Shown here piece by piece: positions 43,501 to 54,788 of a stretch of 64,000 bases of DNA. Position 1 is the first letter of the stretch. The number at the start of each line of letters is the position of its first letter. Source of the stretch: Craspedostauros australis (lineage: Eukaryota); NCBI GenBank assembly GCA_030167865.1, contig JALAGF010001916.1, positions 1 to 64,000 on the forward strand. The letters are read 5' to 3'. The notes beneath the pieces were generated by a model. It worked only from the letters and a program-made list of their open reading frames with translations. It was not told where the DNA came from and ran no database searches. The position numbers and the translations under genes were made by a program.

Positions 43501-44796
43501 CGAGATGGTTTTGCCTCCGGTCGATCCGGTATCATCCGTGGCGTGAGAGTAGCCGTTGGTGCTGCTTCCGTTGGTGCTGCCACTGATGGCATGATTCGGC
43601 CTGGTTCTGCCCTTGTTCTTGTTCTTGCTCTTTTTGGAAAGCTTGATGGCACCCGTCGATGCGGCGTCGTCACCATCCACAGCTGGCATGGGATTGGAAT
43701 AGACGATGCGCTGCGCCTGGAATGCAGCGGCCGTTCCCTTCATCGTCAAGTCGGACATGGCCGTTTCCAACTCCGGAATGTCTCCGTTGCTATTGCTGCC
43801 GCTGTTGCTGCTGACCTTGGCATTGGTCTTTGGCCGATTGTTCTTGCCCTTGCCATTGTTGTTGTTGTCTCTGTTGCTGTTGTCTCTGTTGTTGTCTCTG
43901 TTGTTGTAGCCTTTGTTGGCAGTTCTGGTGGAGGTATCAACATCAATGATGGCCGCGTTGGCGATGAGCATGCGTGCTGCCTTGGCATGGTGGAACGCGT
44001 TTCGGACCAGCTCGTTGGAGTCCTGCAATCGCGGCGTGCCATTGACGGTGAGCGCCTGATGCAGCAGCTTGCGCGCCTTGACCATGTTGAGCGCCGCCTC
44101 TCGTTGGACGCTTCGCGGTGTGGATCTGTTGCTGCTCTGCACGTCGGCGACTGTTGGGAGCAAGACGACGGCTCTTTTGGTGGTCTTCGTGCTTGCCTTT
44201 GCGGTTGCCTTCGCTTTGGATGGCGACTTGGTGAGCTTGTCTGGCTTGGCCGCGTTGGCGGCATCCGGCTTCGCGGAGCCCTTTGGCTTTCCGTTGATGG
44301 CCGCGGATGCCTTCTTGCGAAGACCCTTGAAGAGCGACTTCTTGCCCCCTGCCTTGCCATCCGCGCTGGACTGCTGCTGAGCTTCTGAGGCGTCAACGCC
44401 ATCGCCGTCCTTATTGTCCCCATTGTCGTGGCCCTGATCGTTCTCCTGAAGCTCGTGCTCCACCCAGAGAGCCTCCTGTCCTTCCTCTGCCTCGGGAGTC
44501 GGTGCTGCGACGCCGGTGTCCACCCTCAGATTCGGTCTGCTCTGTGCAGCATTCTTCTTCGACGGCGACGTCTGCGTGTTGGAGGATGATCGCGTGACCT
44601 CATGCACTGTGACGGCCTGGTGGTGGTACTGCTGCGGCTGCGACGCCTTGCCATGATCCACGTGCGGCTGCTCCACCTGACGAATGTGCTGCTGCGGCTG
44701 AGGCTTGGCCTTGGCAGCCCCCGCCCCAGTGTCCACCGTCAAACCGAGCGCCATCTTGGACTTCTTTCTCGTTCCGTTTGCCGTTCCTTCCTGCAT
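40504..44796 (-). CDS. Very large intrinsically disordered protein (~1430 aa)
   Basis: 4.3-kb stop-free frame rich in K/S/N/Q/D tracts; plausible ATG at 44796 (MQEGTANG); no recognisable domain. Confidence 0.75.
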   Translation of the reverse strand: MQEGTANGTRKKSKMALGLTVDTGAGAAKAKPQPQQHIRQVEQPHVDHGKASQPQQYHHQAVTVHEVTRSSSNTQTSPSKKNAAQSRPNLRVDTGVAAPTPEAEEGQEALWVEHELQENDQGHDNGDNKDGDGVDASEAQQQSSADGKAGGKKSLFKGLRKKASAAINGKPKGSAKPDAANAAKPDKLTKSPSKAKATAKASTKTTKRAVVLLPTVADVQSSNRSTPRSVQREAALNMVKARKLLHQALTVNGTPRLQDSNELVRNAFHHAKAARMLIANAAIIDVDTSTRTANKGYNNRDNNRDNSNRDNNNNGKGKNNRPKTNAKVSSNSGSNSNGDIPELETAMSDLTMKGTAAAFQAQRIVYSNPMPAVDGDDAASTGAIKLSKKSKNKNKGRTRPNHAISGSTNGSSTNGYSHATDDTGSTGGKTISDDTTRVAKNIRRGAARNHATSASTNASTNASTNTSAYTSTTATIDNRNLTINNSISTSISTSTSNDENSHSQAVVTNPMRWRYLKGEVPAAAGTVTAATVGLFQTADQYAGMAKQYLESILPKGLDLRQLLEKNMLSQDDEDDDEDDEDEDYAAYYDDDDDDHDMSTLGFNQSFEHNSALQVLPAIPPNPSPQNGMASDVMSMSSLNEILDGPGASDAKSPAVATNNTTQKRSPRRAIPFVGVPSNASNKVGAKSPKSPTSPSKRSGWLSWKNNAKNARDANGGDAIRATTTSKSADMDKYVSSSELEEHRSVTIGQDEEFAIDRNGEDIDELSSTHDPRDAKYVQADEYMEEHLKDSIVALEASEGSLLAIPRNKAARAGRRKNQQHLTHGGIDEDEDGSVASMRSLRQQRELSRQPTFIKAPQGIPPEVLAQKSWEHIMQTESAKEAEPVSAPDAGMQPEEEKKEDVPDHTTGSANHDIAKSKRTNTTTTTKESKKFRLFQGWNKGSSNKATDGADGAGKKAKQNKKSAKSKAQQQQPPRKNGQEATIQLRAIENIDESEASQLHDDIPRLQSRSFGTADGSESKQGDRYAIGAPTPNAPDGTRSMTSASAPVAADALNNETAIVSVTSKSDEAEEAGAKESMSPDSMPTRTSAPASATAVPSTAGKAKQQTKQGQSTSINQTPSKSAALGAAAKNKANSSHSKTTSKVAAKKSAKKQQGKKSKENGATPQKRGLFSRFGRKPKSESDKVEDAMKSASKMAGEANGNAETAPLTLRKADSQDIALKQTESEMRPGTEVVQPGNETAERALLAGAQMAGEDNDNAEMAPMFYENATPKSGLTGVSPSHQMMIQQQKQQQQQASYNHISGSRSSDSHTNTNSHSMSPSTAGSKSTDSSRENRPMLGSQTMTSTSPNQKSVGTGTKAKAIEAPGLSPLAERNIPQRRQAADPDGTSSKVYSKRASGTAAAPTPRKPAYDNDFDDDRSHQKSITQRLYSA

Positions 44797-45786
44797 CTTG
44801 CCCAGCTTCGCTTTGGGTGTGGGATGCTCTGTGTTTTGTGGCGTATGGAGTGGTATGCAGTGGTATGGTGGTTTGTTCAATGATGCGAGATTGATGTGAG
44901 AATGGAGGGAGATGGGAGGGGAGACTGCTCTTGGCAGAGTGTGTGGCAGGGGTGTCGTCGTTGCTCCTGCTTCTTGCTCTCTTTCTATTGTTGTGGGTGG
45001 ATGGATCGCACTCGGCAGTTTGCAACTCCACACAACATCGATCGTTACAAACTCAATTTTGTGCTGCCACAGAACACTTGTGCGCCAACAACGTTATTCC
45101 GTCGTTTGTCGCCACCACCAATGCTCCCACCTCACAATTTATTTCGATTTTGTCGTGCACCGACAGATTATGCAACATGTGTGATGCGTCTCATCCATGG
45201 GAGTTGCACATCCAACAGCCCAATTGAACGGATCGTGACAACAATATTCAACGTATACAATGATAAATACAACGGAATACATTGTATTTCTGTTGGGGTT
45301 CCTTTCGCCGAAGCGCACCACCAACAAATTGGCAGCAACAATCGCGATTTAGCTGCATTTGCAATTCCAGATCTCGTAATTCAGCTCCAAAATATGGTGC
45401 AACAAGGCTTCAAACTTGGAAACTACCGCCAGTATTTCATGTCGAAAGTGACATCGGTTATTTCCATGCAGCTAGAGGAAGAGCCACAATGGTTGGGCAC
45501 CAACATCTCGATTTCAATGTTGATGATGGAATCGCACCCAACTCTGGAGGGTGCTCAACGCTGCGGGTATGGGACAGCCATTCTTCGACTACTTCTACAT
45601 TCATTCTTACAAGTTGAACCTGCTTCCTTTCTTCCCTCTTGCTTCATTGCTTGTCGTTGCTTGCCCTGTTCTATCCTGTCTTCCTCCATTCCTTCCTTCA
45701 TATTCCATGGGCCAATCTGCGAAAGCTCACACAACCGCACCAGAAAGAGGAGACCGCCGATATCTCCTCCCACCATCAACATCATC

Positions 45787-46725
45787 TCACTGATGCGCCA
45801 TCTGCTGGGCGCGTTCCGTCCGTTCCTTGCCAATGTCGGCTTCGTACTTCGACAGCGCCGCGCGGAAATCCGCCGCCTCCTCCCGCTCGCGGAAGCCTAG
45901 TCCGATCTGCGCCTCGCGTCCTGCCTTCTCGTCCGTCACGCGGATGACGAAGTACCGCGTGGAGTCCACCACCGGCTCGACGTAATGCTCCATCGGCTTG
46001 TCCTTCGACACAATGTCCACAGTGCACAGTGCAAACAACTTGCTCTTGCTGCCGGGCTGGTCGTCATGGGAGTACGTGAAGATCAGCAGCAGCTGGTTGC
46101 CACGCCGCTCGATTCGTAAGGATACGCATTGCAGTGGCTTTGTCAGTGGCCAGTCTTCTGCTCTGCAAAATAATTATGTAAAATACAATGCATCACATAT
46201 CAACGCAGTTCATCATCCGTCGTTCATCATCCGTTGTTCATTGTACATCATCGATACGATGCGAATGCATGCCGCATGTGCGACCACAATGGAAGAATCG
46301 AAATATCCCAAAAAGATGAAGTGGTGACAGGTACAGGAGCAGAGTTGAAGGTCAATGTGAGATTGTGAAAGCCTGTGGGCGAGCAAGGAAGGTGACAATG
46401 GCATTGCAACACATTGTATGCATACTGTATATGGAGCGGGGCGCCGCTTGTGCCGATCGTCGCACCCACAAGTCACCGCATTCCTAAACTGGCTTGACGT
46501 CATGCCTCCACATTGAGACGCAACGTTGCTTTGTTCTGGAAGTGCGGGAGAGGCTGTCACTGGATCGGCCATTGCGCTCCACATGACGTGCACTCACTTG
46601 AACGGCGACTTCGATTTGGATGGCAATCGGTACATGAACACTTCCGCGATACCGAGAAGCTTCGTGCTCAGCACCTTGACCTTGTAGGCGTCGTCATCCA
46701 GCAATCCCAAGTCGAAATCTCCCAT
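45787..46725 (-). CDS. NECAP-like adaptin-ear-binding protein, PHear domain only (2 exons, ~167 aa)
   Basis: Exons 46725-46598 and 46162-45787 join in frame: EVFMYRLP…KAEDW…VEPVVDSTRYFVIRV…IGLGFRER. Confidence 0.88.
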
Positions 46726-47751
46726 CTTTCCTGTTGGTGCTTTTGACGCGGTTCCTCTTCTTGCTTCTCGTTGCTCTGTCCTGGGGTTACGATTTGATCA
46801 ACCTTCAGGAATGGGATCTTGTCTGATTGTGCTAAGCTGCTTGGTTCCTCTCTCTCTTGACTTCCTGGGTCTGTCTTCGTTCTGGTGCGAGTGCGGGTGG
46901 AGGCGGGAAAGGTGATGTTGGTACTGGTTGTGATGGTGTGCTAGACGTGGTGGACGTGGACGCGGATGTGGACTTTGGTGTGGATGTTGGTGTCGAAGCT
47001 GTGGTGATCTTTTGATTTGATTCTTCCCGAGTCTTCCAAAGAGAGTCCGTTTGACCGTTCTCATCATGGTGCTTGTTGCACGTTGTTGAGTCACCCCACG
47101 ACAACGTGACGTTTTGGTTCTTGGATCGCTTGCGCGAGATGACCCAGTTGATTCGAATGACTCCTTGAGAAGGCTGTTTGGCGAGATGAACTTGGACTCG
47201 TGGAGGAAATTATACTGCCTTAATACATGAATACAACACAATGAACATGGTGTCCTCTGTATGTCACATAGTACATTCCAGTTCATCGCGCAGAGGTGAT
47301 CTCGCCAAAATGGCCACATTTTTACCTCTGCTGACTCAAACACCACAAAACCAACATTTCACAGAAACCAATCCGCAAACGCCAACAGAATCAATCCTCT
47401 TGGAAAAGGACGCGGAATACTCAACTGTATTCTGCAACATCTTCTTCTTGCGCGTCTCTGTTGTTGCAGGAGGGAAGGAAGCATACACTCTGGCCACACA
47501 AACGGATATCACAACGGCTTCATGCTTGTAAGAAAGGAACCAACTCTTGACAAGTCGTCAACGACAACATCATCCCCAAGGCAAACGCGATACAAAACAC
47601 ATCGCAACTGTCAACACTTTGGGAGCAGCCTCATCCCATCCAGAGTACTGCAATCCTCCAAAGATTACATCGCCAACTTTCCATCATCTTCATCTCCAAC
47701 TTCGAGCAGCCGTTCACAGCAGCAAAAACAGTATTCTGGGAATAGGCGACG

Positions 47752-50700
47752 ATGAACCGACACCATCGACACAGCTCGCCCATACGCCGCGGTGGAGATG
47801 GAACCTACAGTCTCAACATCGGACGGCGCAACGTGCGATCTGAGCTGCATGGTGTCAAGGATGGAGCCAATCCACCGCCGGCATTGCGTGGCCACAGCAC
47901 GACAACGCCGACAATCAACAAGAACAGCAACAGCACCAGTAGCAGCGCCAACCACACCCAAACATCAAGCTTCAAGGACAAGTTGCTGTATGAAAACAAG
48001 AACAGGCAATTCGATTGGGGTGGCGGGCTGCCAGGACGCAACAACGCGGCGCCGCATCCCAACTCGAAGTTCGGTGCCAATCACGGGACCATTCCACCAC
48101 GCAGTGGCGTTCCAAGATCCATGAGCACAGGCCGAGCCACTCGGCCGCAACATAACAGCCTCGGGAGCGCCAATGGCAACCGCGTGGGCGACATGGCGAA
48201 GGGCGCACGCAATCCAGCCAGCATCGGAAAGACGACCAAGACGGAGAGCTGGAGCCCTTTCCGCAGCAACAGCAACGGGCGTGGAGAACGGTTCCAAGTC
48301 CCACCGTCTCGCGGCATGTTCCGAAGTCAGAGTACTGGAAGACAGCGTCTGCTGCCATCACAGAACAAGAGCGCAGGCGTTGGCGCGCTGGCATTGAAGA
48401 CCACGCGGCAAGGTGTCAGCGGCATCCCCTTGTCTCCTCGATCATCCTCGGCGCAACGGCAACGAGGAGGCTTGGTGGAGAACAAGGCCAGACTCTTATC
48501 TGGAACTGCGCAGCACAACCCTAGCAACCGCAACAGCAGCAGCGACACCAGCCCATCCAGACCACCACGGACCCAATCATCTCAACAACATCGCCCTCTA
48601 TTCTCGCCAGGCCGGACGGACGCGGGTGCGCAATTCTCTTCTTCATCCTTGATTGATGCAGAAACCAGCGACAGCTCCAGTGCTAGCGAACAAGCACGAG
48701 GGCAACTACAAGGTCTTGGATTGGGGCTGGGGCTGGGACTTGGGCACCACCAAGGCTTGAATGACAATCACGACCAAAACGATGCAAATAGCAAGAACGA
48801 CAGCACCTCATCCATTGGCGCAACACCAAATGACGACGATGCGATGAGGTTCAGCATCATTGATGCAAACAGCAGGGGTAGAATTCGAGGCGGCCGAACA
48901 TCCACACCATCTAAACGGCCCATCATCCCTGGAGTCGGTCGCCGTGTGAGCAGAAGTCCCGGTCGACGGCACTCCGACAATGCCAACCCTCCCCTCCAAG
49001 ACAATCTTGATGATGCGGCAAGCGCCAACATTGACTACCAATGTGGCACGATCAAACTTAACGACCCACACTCGTCACGCAGACATCAAACCGCCAATCA
49101 ACGGCAGGCACAGCATGGATACGGACACGGCCAACCAGCCAGTATCAATCACAATGCGCTCGGAATGGGACAGGATGAATCCACTCCGACCACAGGACAG
49201 CACGAGCTTCCGAAGCCTGTGCTGCGTGCACCGACCATCGACTTGACGAGCCGGTACACCAAGCTCAACGCCACGCACAACACCGAATACCCCATCAGCA
49301 GACACAGGATGATGGAGAGCCCACGTGACTCGAGTGCCAAGCAGCCATTCGGTGGCAAGATCAAAGCCGTGACGCGGATGGACGTACAGTCGAATCCGAC
49401 GAAACTCTTCGCGCATGGAATCACAAGCGACACCACCACCACCGACAGCGTAACTACCGATTCCTGGGATCGGCAATCGCGCCACGACGGCAGCGACTTG
49501 CAGCATGAGCAAGCGCAACGGCCACCGTTGCATGGACAGCGACAGCAAAGGCCCGGGGGCAAGCAGCAACATCTTTCGCAAGCTCAGGAACAGCAACAAC
49601 AACAGCAGCTGCCACAGAACGAGGGTCTTCGCGATGTCATGTCCGATCTGAGCCTCGGCACCGCCGATCACACGAACAAGAAGGCACAAGGTGGAAAACT
49701 GCCACCAAGCCCACGTCGCAACCAAAAAGCAACTAAAAATGCAAACCACAACGGCGTCGACGGTCAGAGACGGCCACAGAACGACCCTACTACGATGGCC
49801 ACGACCAATCCAAACGTTGGTGCCATTGGCGACGCCGACGCCAATTCTACTATGAATCCGAATCCGAATGACAAAGTTATCACACGGATCAGCACCCGCA
49901 TTCCGGAGGTCCTGCCGAAGCCGATGTCCAAGAAGTTCAACAATGATCCGATCATGAAAGCGCGTCTGCTGGAAGCCAACATGGCAGCACGCAGAGCCAA
50001 TGGCAACAATCAGAATGCAAACCGCAGCGGGAGTCGAAACAGGAGCAGCAGCCAGGACGGAAACCATACGGAGGCAACGCAAATGCAAATGAATGCAAGC
50101 GGTAACAGCGACGTGTCCCATATCGCCACATCCCAGAACAACAGCACATTCAACAGCACGGTCAACAGCAGTGTACATGCCAGTCGAGCTACGCCTCGGC
50201 ATTCCAACGCCTCTCCGTCTAAAATCCGAAGATCATCGGGCACGGAAACCAAACCAGCCCCAGGAATTGGCAGCAGAAGTGCCAACGGAGACAAGTACAG
50301 CAATGCGCCTGACCATGACAGCGGGACCTTGGAAACGTTGGAGGTTGACGCCAAGATGAAGGCCACGCAGATCGTATTCGACAATGAAGACGAGCTCATG
50401 ATCCCCCGTCGTGTTGTCATCGATGACAAGGCTGGGAATCAGTCCGGCGCTGGTCAGGCCAGGCGGCCTTCGCCTGCTGCCGGTTCGGCAACCTCGCCAG
50501 GTACCAGCAATCCCGGCGCATCGAAATCGGCAAGACAATCGCGTCCAGCACCCATCCTGTTTCAGGATGGGCACTTCCTGAAGACAAGTCAATCCAAGAG
50601 CAAGGACCGCGCACCTTTGGTGCCTGATCACAACATTGTGAATCCATCCTATAGACGATCCAATGCCACCGGGGCGCACACCACCAAGGCCGGGCCTGGA

Positions 50701-52629
50701 TCTGGAGCATCTGTAGCATCGGGTTCGTCAAGAGGTCCGTCATCCGTGTCATCCTCGCAGCGGGGACAACGCGCCTACGTCGATGCAGTGGAGGGGAAGC
50801 TGGAGGCCATCCGAAGCCGTCAGAATGCTGTTTCCACACCAGAGCAGCTGTCAACGCAATGGAAGCAGCTACTGGAATCTGCGGAGAATCGACAACGCCT
50901 TGCCAACGCCAAAGATGGAAGCAGCACTTCTGGGGGAAAGAAATCCAAGGTTGCGAGACTATTCAGCGCTATCCGAGGTGGGAACAAGACGAACTACAAC
51001 AACACCAACACCAACAATGCCAAGGCAGGGCAAGACGCCAGCAGCCTCAGCGACAACAGCAGGAGCACGAGATCATCGTTGCGATCACGATCGCGCTCAC
51101 GCTCGCGCCCCAAATCACGAAGCAAAGACCGCTCCGTCACGCCCGGGAAGTCACGCAAGGGAAGGATGACTATTTCCGTGAGCTCCGGTAGCGATGGTAG
51201 TAACTCCGATTCTGCCACTTCATCATCGAACGGCAAGCGGGGGAGCAAGTCGCCGAGTCCCAAGAACAGCGCCAGCAACAGCAGTAGCAATGGCAGCAAG
51301 CCGAAGTCCACGCTGGGGAAGTGGATGCAACGCCGCAAGGAGTCTGGGAATGGCACCAATGACGGAAACGGCGCCAGCGGCAACGAACGCGAAAGCAAGA
51401 AAGCAATGTCGGGCTTGTCGAGGTTGCCAGAGGATGATGAGCTTTCGCAACCGTACAAGTCGCTCCGGGTTGGAAGTGGTCTGGGTCGCAAGTCTGCCGG
51501 GGGTGGCAGGAGCAGCTCCATCTCTGGCAATCGCAACATCCTGTACTCGCACAGCATGTCCGGTTCCATGGACATTGACCATTCCGCCAGCATCATGTCG
51601 ATGGGAAGCAGCCGTGGGGACGATGAAAGTGGCAAGTCCGACAGCAATCAATCTTACGCGGTGATGGGGAAGTTCACCACCTTCGACAGCGCCATGAACA
51701 AGAAGCATGAGTACGACGGCCAAAACAACACGAATGTCGAGTTCGGCGTGATTGAGATTGGGACCGACATTCCAGAAGGGGAAGAAGTACTGGAGCGCAG
51801 CAACATGAACATGAACGTGGGTTTGGGCATGAGCGATTATGGCAATGGAGATGACAACGGCGATGGTGAACTTGCGGAACAACCTCTCTACGAAACTCGC
51901 AAGATCCCATTGAACAAGGCAGCGCTGGCCAAGGAGTTACAAAACATCCGAGGTCATTCGCTGCTGGAGGAGCGTCAAGAACACTCCGACTACAGAGGCG
52001 ACCATGCTGGTATGGATAGATACAATGCCGATAGCAACACCGACACCAACAGTGTCAACAACGGTCGACAGCCACCTCCAGGCGTTCGTTCCATCACGCC
52101 GGGGCGAGTTGGAAGGGTCGGCGAACGCATCTACCATCACCAGCAACGCAATCATAAGTACCAGCAACACAATCGTCAGCAACAGCAACATGACCAGCAT
52201 CAGCAACAGGATCAGCAGCAACAGGATCAGCAACATGATCAGCAACAGGATCAGCACCAGAAGCAGCAGCATCGACTTGGCAGAGCACGACGTCCCAAAG
52301 CATACGGGCGCAGCCAGGTGGATTCTGCCGTGTTGGAGATCTTTTCGTACAACAGCGATTTGGAGTGTGAGATGGAACGATACCAACACCCAAAGGATGA
52401 CAGCGATCTTCATGCCGTGTCCTTGACTCCGTCATTCGCAAGCCATCTCAATCGAGCGAGGCCAACTGGCGAGATGCAACGACTGCGACAACAGCAATCG
52501 CAGAGGATGACAATGGCAGCAACTCCTCTTCGTCCTCCTACAGCAACAAGCACAGCATCAACACCAACGCCGAGGACGACGGCACCTCGATCCAATTCCG
52601 CCACTCGACGAAGAGCGTACATTGTGTGA
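47752..52629 (+). CDS. Very large intrinsically disordered protein (1625 aa) with an RS-like tract and Q/H-rich repeats
   Basis: 4.9-kb stop-free ORF; RSRSRSRSRPKSRSKDRS tract; QQQDQQQQDQQH repeats near 52180-52270. Confidence 0.8.
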   Translation: MNRHHRHSSPIRRGGDGTYSLNIGRRNVRSELHGVKDGANPPPALRGHSTTTPTINKNSNSTSSSANHTQTSSFKDKLLYENKNRQFDWGGGLPGRNNAAPHPNSKFGANHGTIPPRSGVPRSMSTGRATRPQHNSLGSANGNRVGDMAKGARNPASIGKTTKTESWSPFRSNSNGRGERFQVPPSRGMFRSQSTGRQRLLPSQNKSAGVGALALKTTRQGVSGIPLSPRSSSAQRQRGGLVENKARLLSGTAQHNPSNRNSSSDTSPSRPPRTQSSQQHRPLFSPGRTDAGAQFSSSSLIDAETSDSSSASEQARGQLQGLGLGLGLGLGHHQGLNDNHDQNDANSKNDSTSSIGATPNDDDAMRFSIIDANSRGRIRGGRTSTPSKRPIIPGVGRRVSRSPGRRHSDNANPPLQDNLDDAASANIDYQCGTIKLNDPHSSRRHQTANQRQAQHGYGHGQPASINHNALGMGQDESTPTTGQHELPKPVLRAPTIDLTSRYTKLNATHNTEYPISRHRMMESPRDSSAKQPFGGKIKAVTRMDVQSNPTKLFAHGITSDTTTTDSVTTDSWDRQSRHDGSDLQHEQAQRPPLHGQRQQRPGGKQQHLSQAQEQQQQQQLPQNEGLRDVMSDLSLGTADHTNKKAQGGKLPPSPRRNQKATKNANHNGVDGQRRPQNDPTTMATTNPNVGAIGDADANSTMNPNPNDKVITRISTRIPEVLPKPMSKKFNNDPIMKARLLEANMAARRANGNNQNANRSGSRNRSSSQDGNHTEATQMQMNASGNSDVSHIATSQNNSTFNSTVNSSVHASRATPRHSNASPSKIRRSSGTETKPAPGIGSRSANGDKYSNAPDHDSGTLETLEVDAKMKATQIVFDNEDELMIPRRVVIDDKAGNQSGAGQARRPSPAAGSATSPGTSNPGASKSARQSRPAPILFQDGHFLKTSQSKSKDRAPLVPDHNIVNPSYRRSNATGAHTTKAGPGSGASVASGSSRGPSSVSSSQRGQRAYVDAVEGKLEAIRSRQNAVSTPEQLSTQWKQLLESAENRQRLANAKDGSSTSGGKKSKVARLFSAIRGGNKTNYNNTNTNNAKAGQDASSLSDNSRSTRSSLRSRSRSRSRPKSRSKDRSVTPGKSRKGRMTISVSSGSDGSNSDSATSSSNGKRGSKSPSPKNSASNSSSNGSKPKSTLGKWMQRRKESGNGTNDGNGASGNERESKKAMSGLSRLPEDDELSQPYKSLRVGSGLGRKSAGGGRSSSISGNRNILYSHSMSGSMDIDHSASIMSMGSSRGDDESGKSDSNQSYAVMGKFTTFDSAMNKKHEYDGQNNTNVEFGVIEIGTDIPEGEEVLERSNMNMNVGLGMSDYGNGDDNGDGELAEQPLYETRKIPLNKAALAKELQNIRGHSLLEERQEHSDYRGDHAGMDRYNADSNTDTNSVNNGRQPPPGVRSITPGRVGRVGERIYHHQQRNHKYQQHNRQQQQHDQHQQQDQQQQDQQHDQQQDQHQKQQHRLGRARRPKAYGRSQVDSAVLEIFSYNSDLECEMERYQHPKDDSDLHAVSLTPSFASHLNRARPTGEMQRLRQQQSQRMTMAATPLRPPTATSTASTPTPRTTAPRSNSATRRRAYIV

Positions 52630-52873
52630 TGATATCTTCTTGCACATGACACACTCGTAACATTGGTTTGGCATGTGACTGTACTCGGATGTACTCCAGA
52701 GAGAGAGAGAGGCAGAGAGCGGCATAGTCATAACTATCGCACATTATGAATAGACGCCACGAACAAACTACACACTTTTCAGCAGCGCAGTTCCATTTGA
52801 TGCGTTTTGGTGGCTTGGTGACTTCATTCATTGGTTAGGTTGCACCAAGGGTTCGCTTGATGAGCGGCGTCCA

Positions 52874-53904
52874 TTAGAAATCGCCCCAGTCAACATCATT
52901 TTCGTCATCATCACCACCATCGGCATTACCACCACCATCGGCTCCTTCGCTGGCAGCGCTGGTGGCTGTTTCAGGCTGTGTTTGCGCTTGCCGTTGTTGC
53001 TGCTGCGGCGCTACTGTGGGTGCTGGATTCCCTCCTGGCGGAGGCTTCTTCAAAAGGAATGGCTTCTTGGGTCCATCACCGGACTGCGATGGCCTCTTCC
53101 CGCCACCCTTGACGATCGTCGACTTCTTCTTACTCCCAAACGAAATGTGCATCTTCTCCCCCGCCTTCAGCGTCGGCATGACGTTGGATGCCGCCTTATC
53201 GATCATGGCCTTGGCATCATGCTCACGCTGTATCGACCTTTGGAATCCCTGCAATGATTGCAGCAAGTCCAGAGCGTTGTCACGTTCCCGAAACCCGAAA
53301 CCAATGAATGCCGTCCGCCGTTTCTGTGCTGGATCATTCGACCACAGCTGGGTGACGAAGTACCGTGAGGAATCCACGACGGGTTCGACGGAAGTCTTGT
53401 GCAGGTACTTCGCCAGCGCGAAGATCTTGGTGTGATTCTCGCTTGTGAAGATGAGGAAGAGCTCGTTGTTGCGCCGTTCCACTTGAAACCCACAGGTTGC
53501 CAGTGGATTTGCCAGATTCCATGCGTCCGCTCTGATAGTAAGAATAACAGTATAATAATATTGTAATAGGAATGAAAATAACAACAACAATAACAATAGG
53601 AAAGGTATGTTATTCAATGCGCATTGAAGAAGGGAGAGCATGAATTGAGAGATGTGAGCAAGGACAGCAGGCCACGAGTGGATTTGTTGGAACACTGACG
53701 ATGCAATGAAGCCTCCGAAAGACCTGGTGAAGCACCACCAAAAGAGGGAGAGGGAGACTGCGGACCACTGCAATCTCGCAAACTTGGTCTCGCTCACCGA
53801 TGACCACCGGATGTTGTCAATGGTGGGATCTTGTAAACGAACACTTCGTCCACAGACATCAGCGTCTGCCGAAGCAAAGTCCCCTGCGTTTCATCTGTGC
53901 TCAT
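52874..53904 (-). CDS. NECAP: NECAP (adaptin-ear-binding coat-associated protein), 2 exons, ~254 aa
   Basis: Exons 53904-53798 and 53531-52874 join in frame: EVFVYKIPP…GHRADAW…VEPVVDSSRYFV…IGFGFRER…LKAGEKMHI; C-terminal acidic WGDF (WxxF motif). Confidence 0.93.
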
Positions 53905-54788
53905 GTTGTTCGAGGTGTCGAGGGTATGTACTGTATGGCAGAGTACTCTATTTGTATTCTATGGATTGTATTCTTGGCAGAAAGTCTCTATTGATTTGCC
54001 CTGCCCACAGTATCTATCGAGCTCTTTTGTGAGTTGTCGTGTAGGGCAGCGTCTTCTTGATCGTTGCCTCCGATCCAAAGAGAAACGGAACACAATCTGC
54101 CCTTGTCGCTCGTTGTCACCTTGTTATCCTTTCCGTTCTTCGCCGTTCGCAAACAAAAAACGCTGCGTTGTGCCATGGTCGATCATTTAATCCGACGAGT
54201 CGAACACCAGAAAAACGGTTCCTCTCCCAGCCGTCTCTCTGTTCAACTCATCTCAACTCGGCTCTTCAGACGATGGCGAGAGGAGATGGAATGCAATAGT
54301 ATTATCTGCGTGATCACATTCGTACAGAGTACTGTATGATGGCTGCGTTCATCGAATGCCATTGCTCTAGAGAGAAAGCAATAATGGTACTGCAAACTGG
54401 GCAGATGATGAGAAGTTATTCGAACACAGAGCAAGGTACAATCCCAATCGAGTGCAATATCGCTGTTCGTTTGATGCTCCTTTGTGCAGCTCAATCCCCT
54501 GTCATGTATTCATCCTCATCATTGGTGATTCCCCTCGTCTTCAAGTTGTCGCATCCTTCGGAGGCTTAATTTGGCGTTGTCGCTGCTGTAACTCTGTGCG
54601 TGCGCGTGCCGCCTTTTCACCCCCATGACTTGTATCCAGCTGTGAGAGCCTTCATGTCATGTCATGTCGTGCCATGCCACGTCAACGACCCAAGTACTAT
54701 ATCCCATCAGAACCGATGGAAGACTGTGAGTGTCTTGCATCAGAGAAAAGCGAACAGAATAGTCTCCAACACGTGAATGCAGGCTGGT

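Noticed and set aside
46496-46503. Perfect CRE palindrome TGACGTCA in the short NECAP intron (another, ATGACGTCAT, near 55947)
   Set aside because: Isolated 8-mers are expected by chance in 64 kb and there is no independent support.
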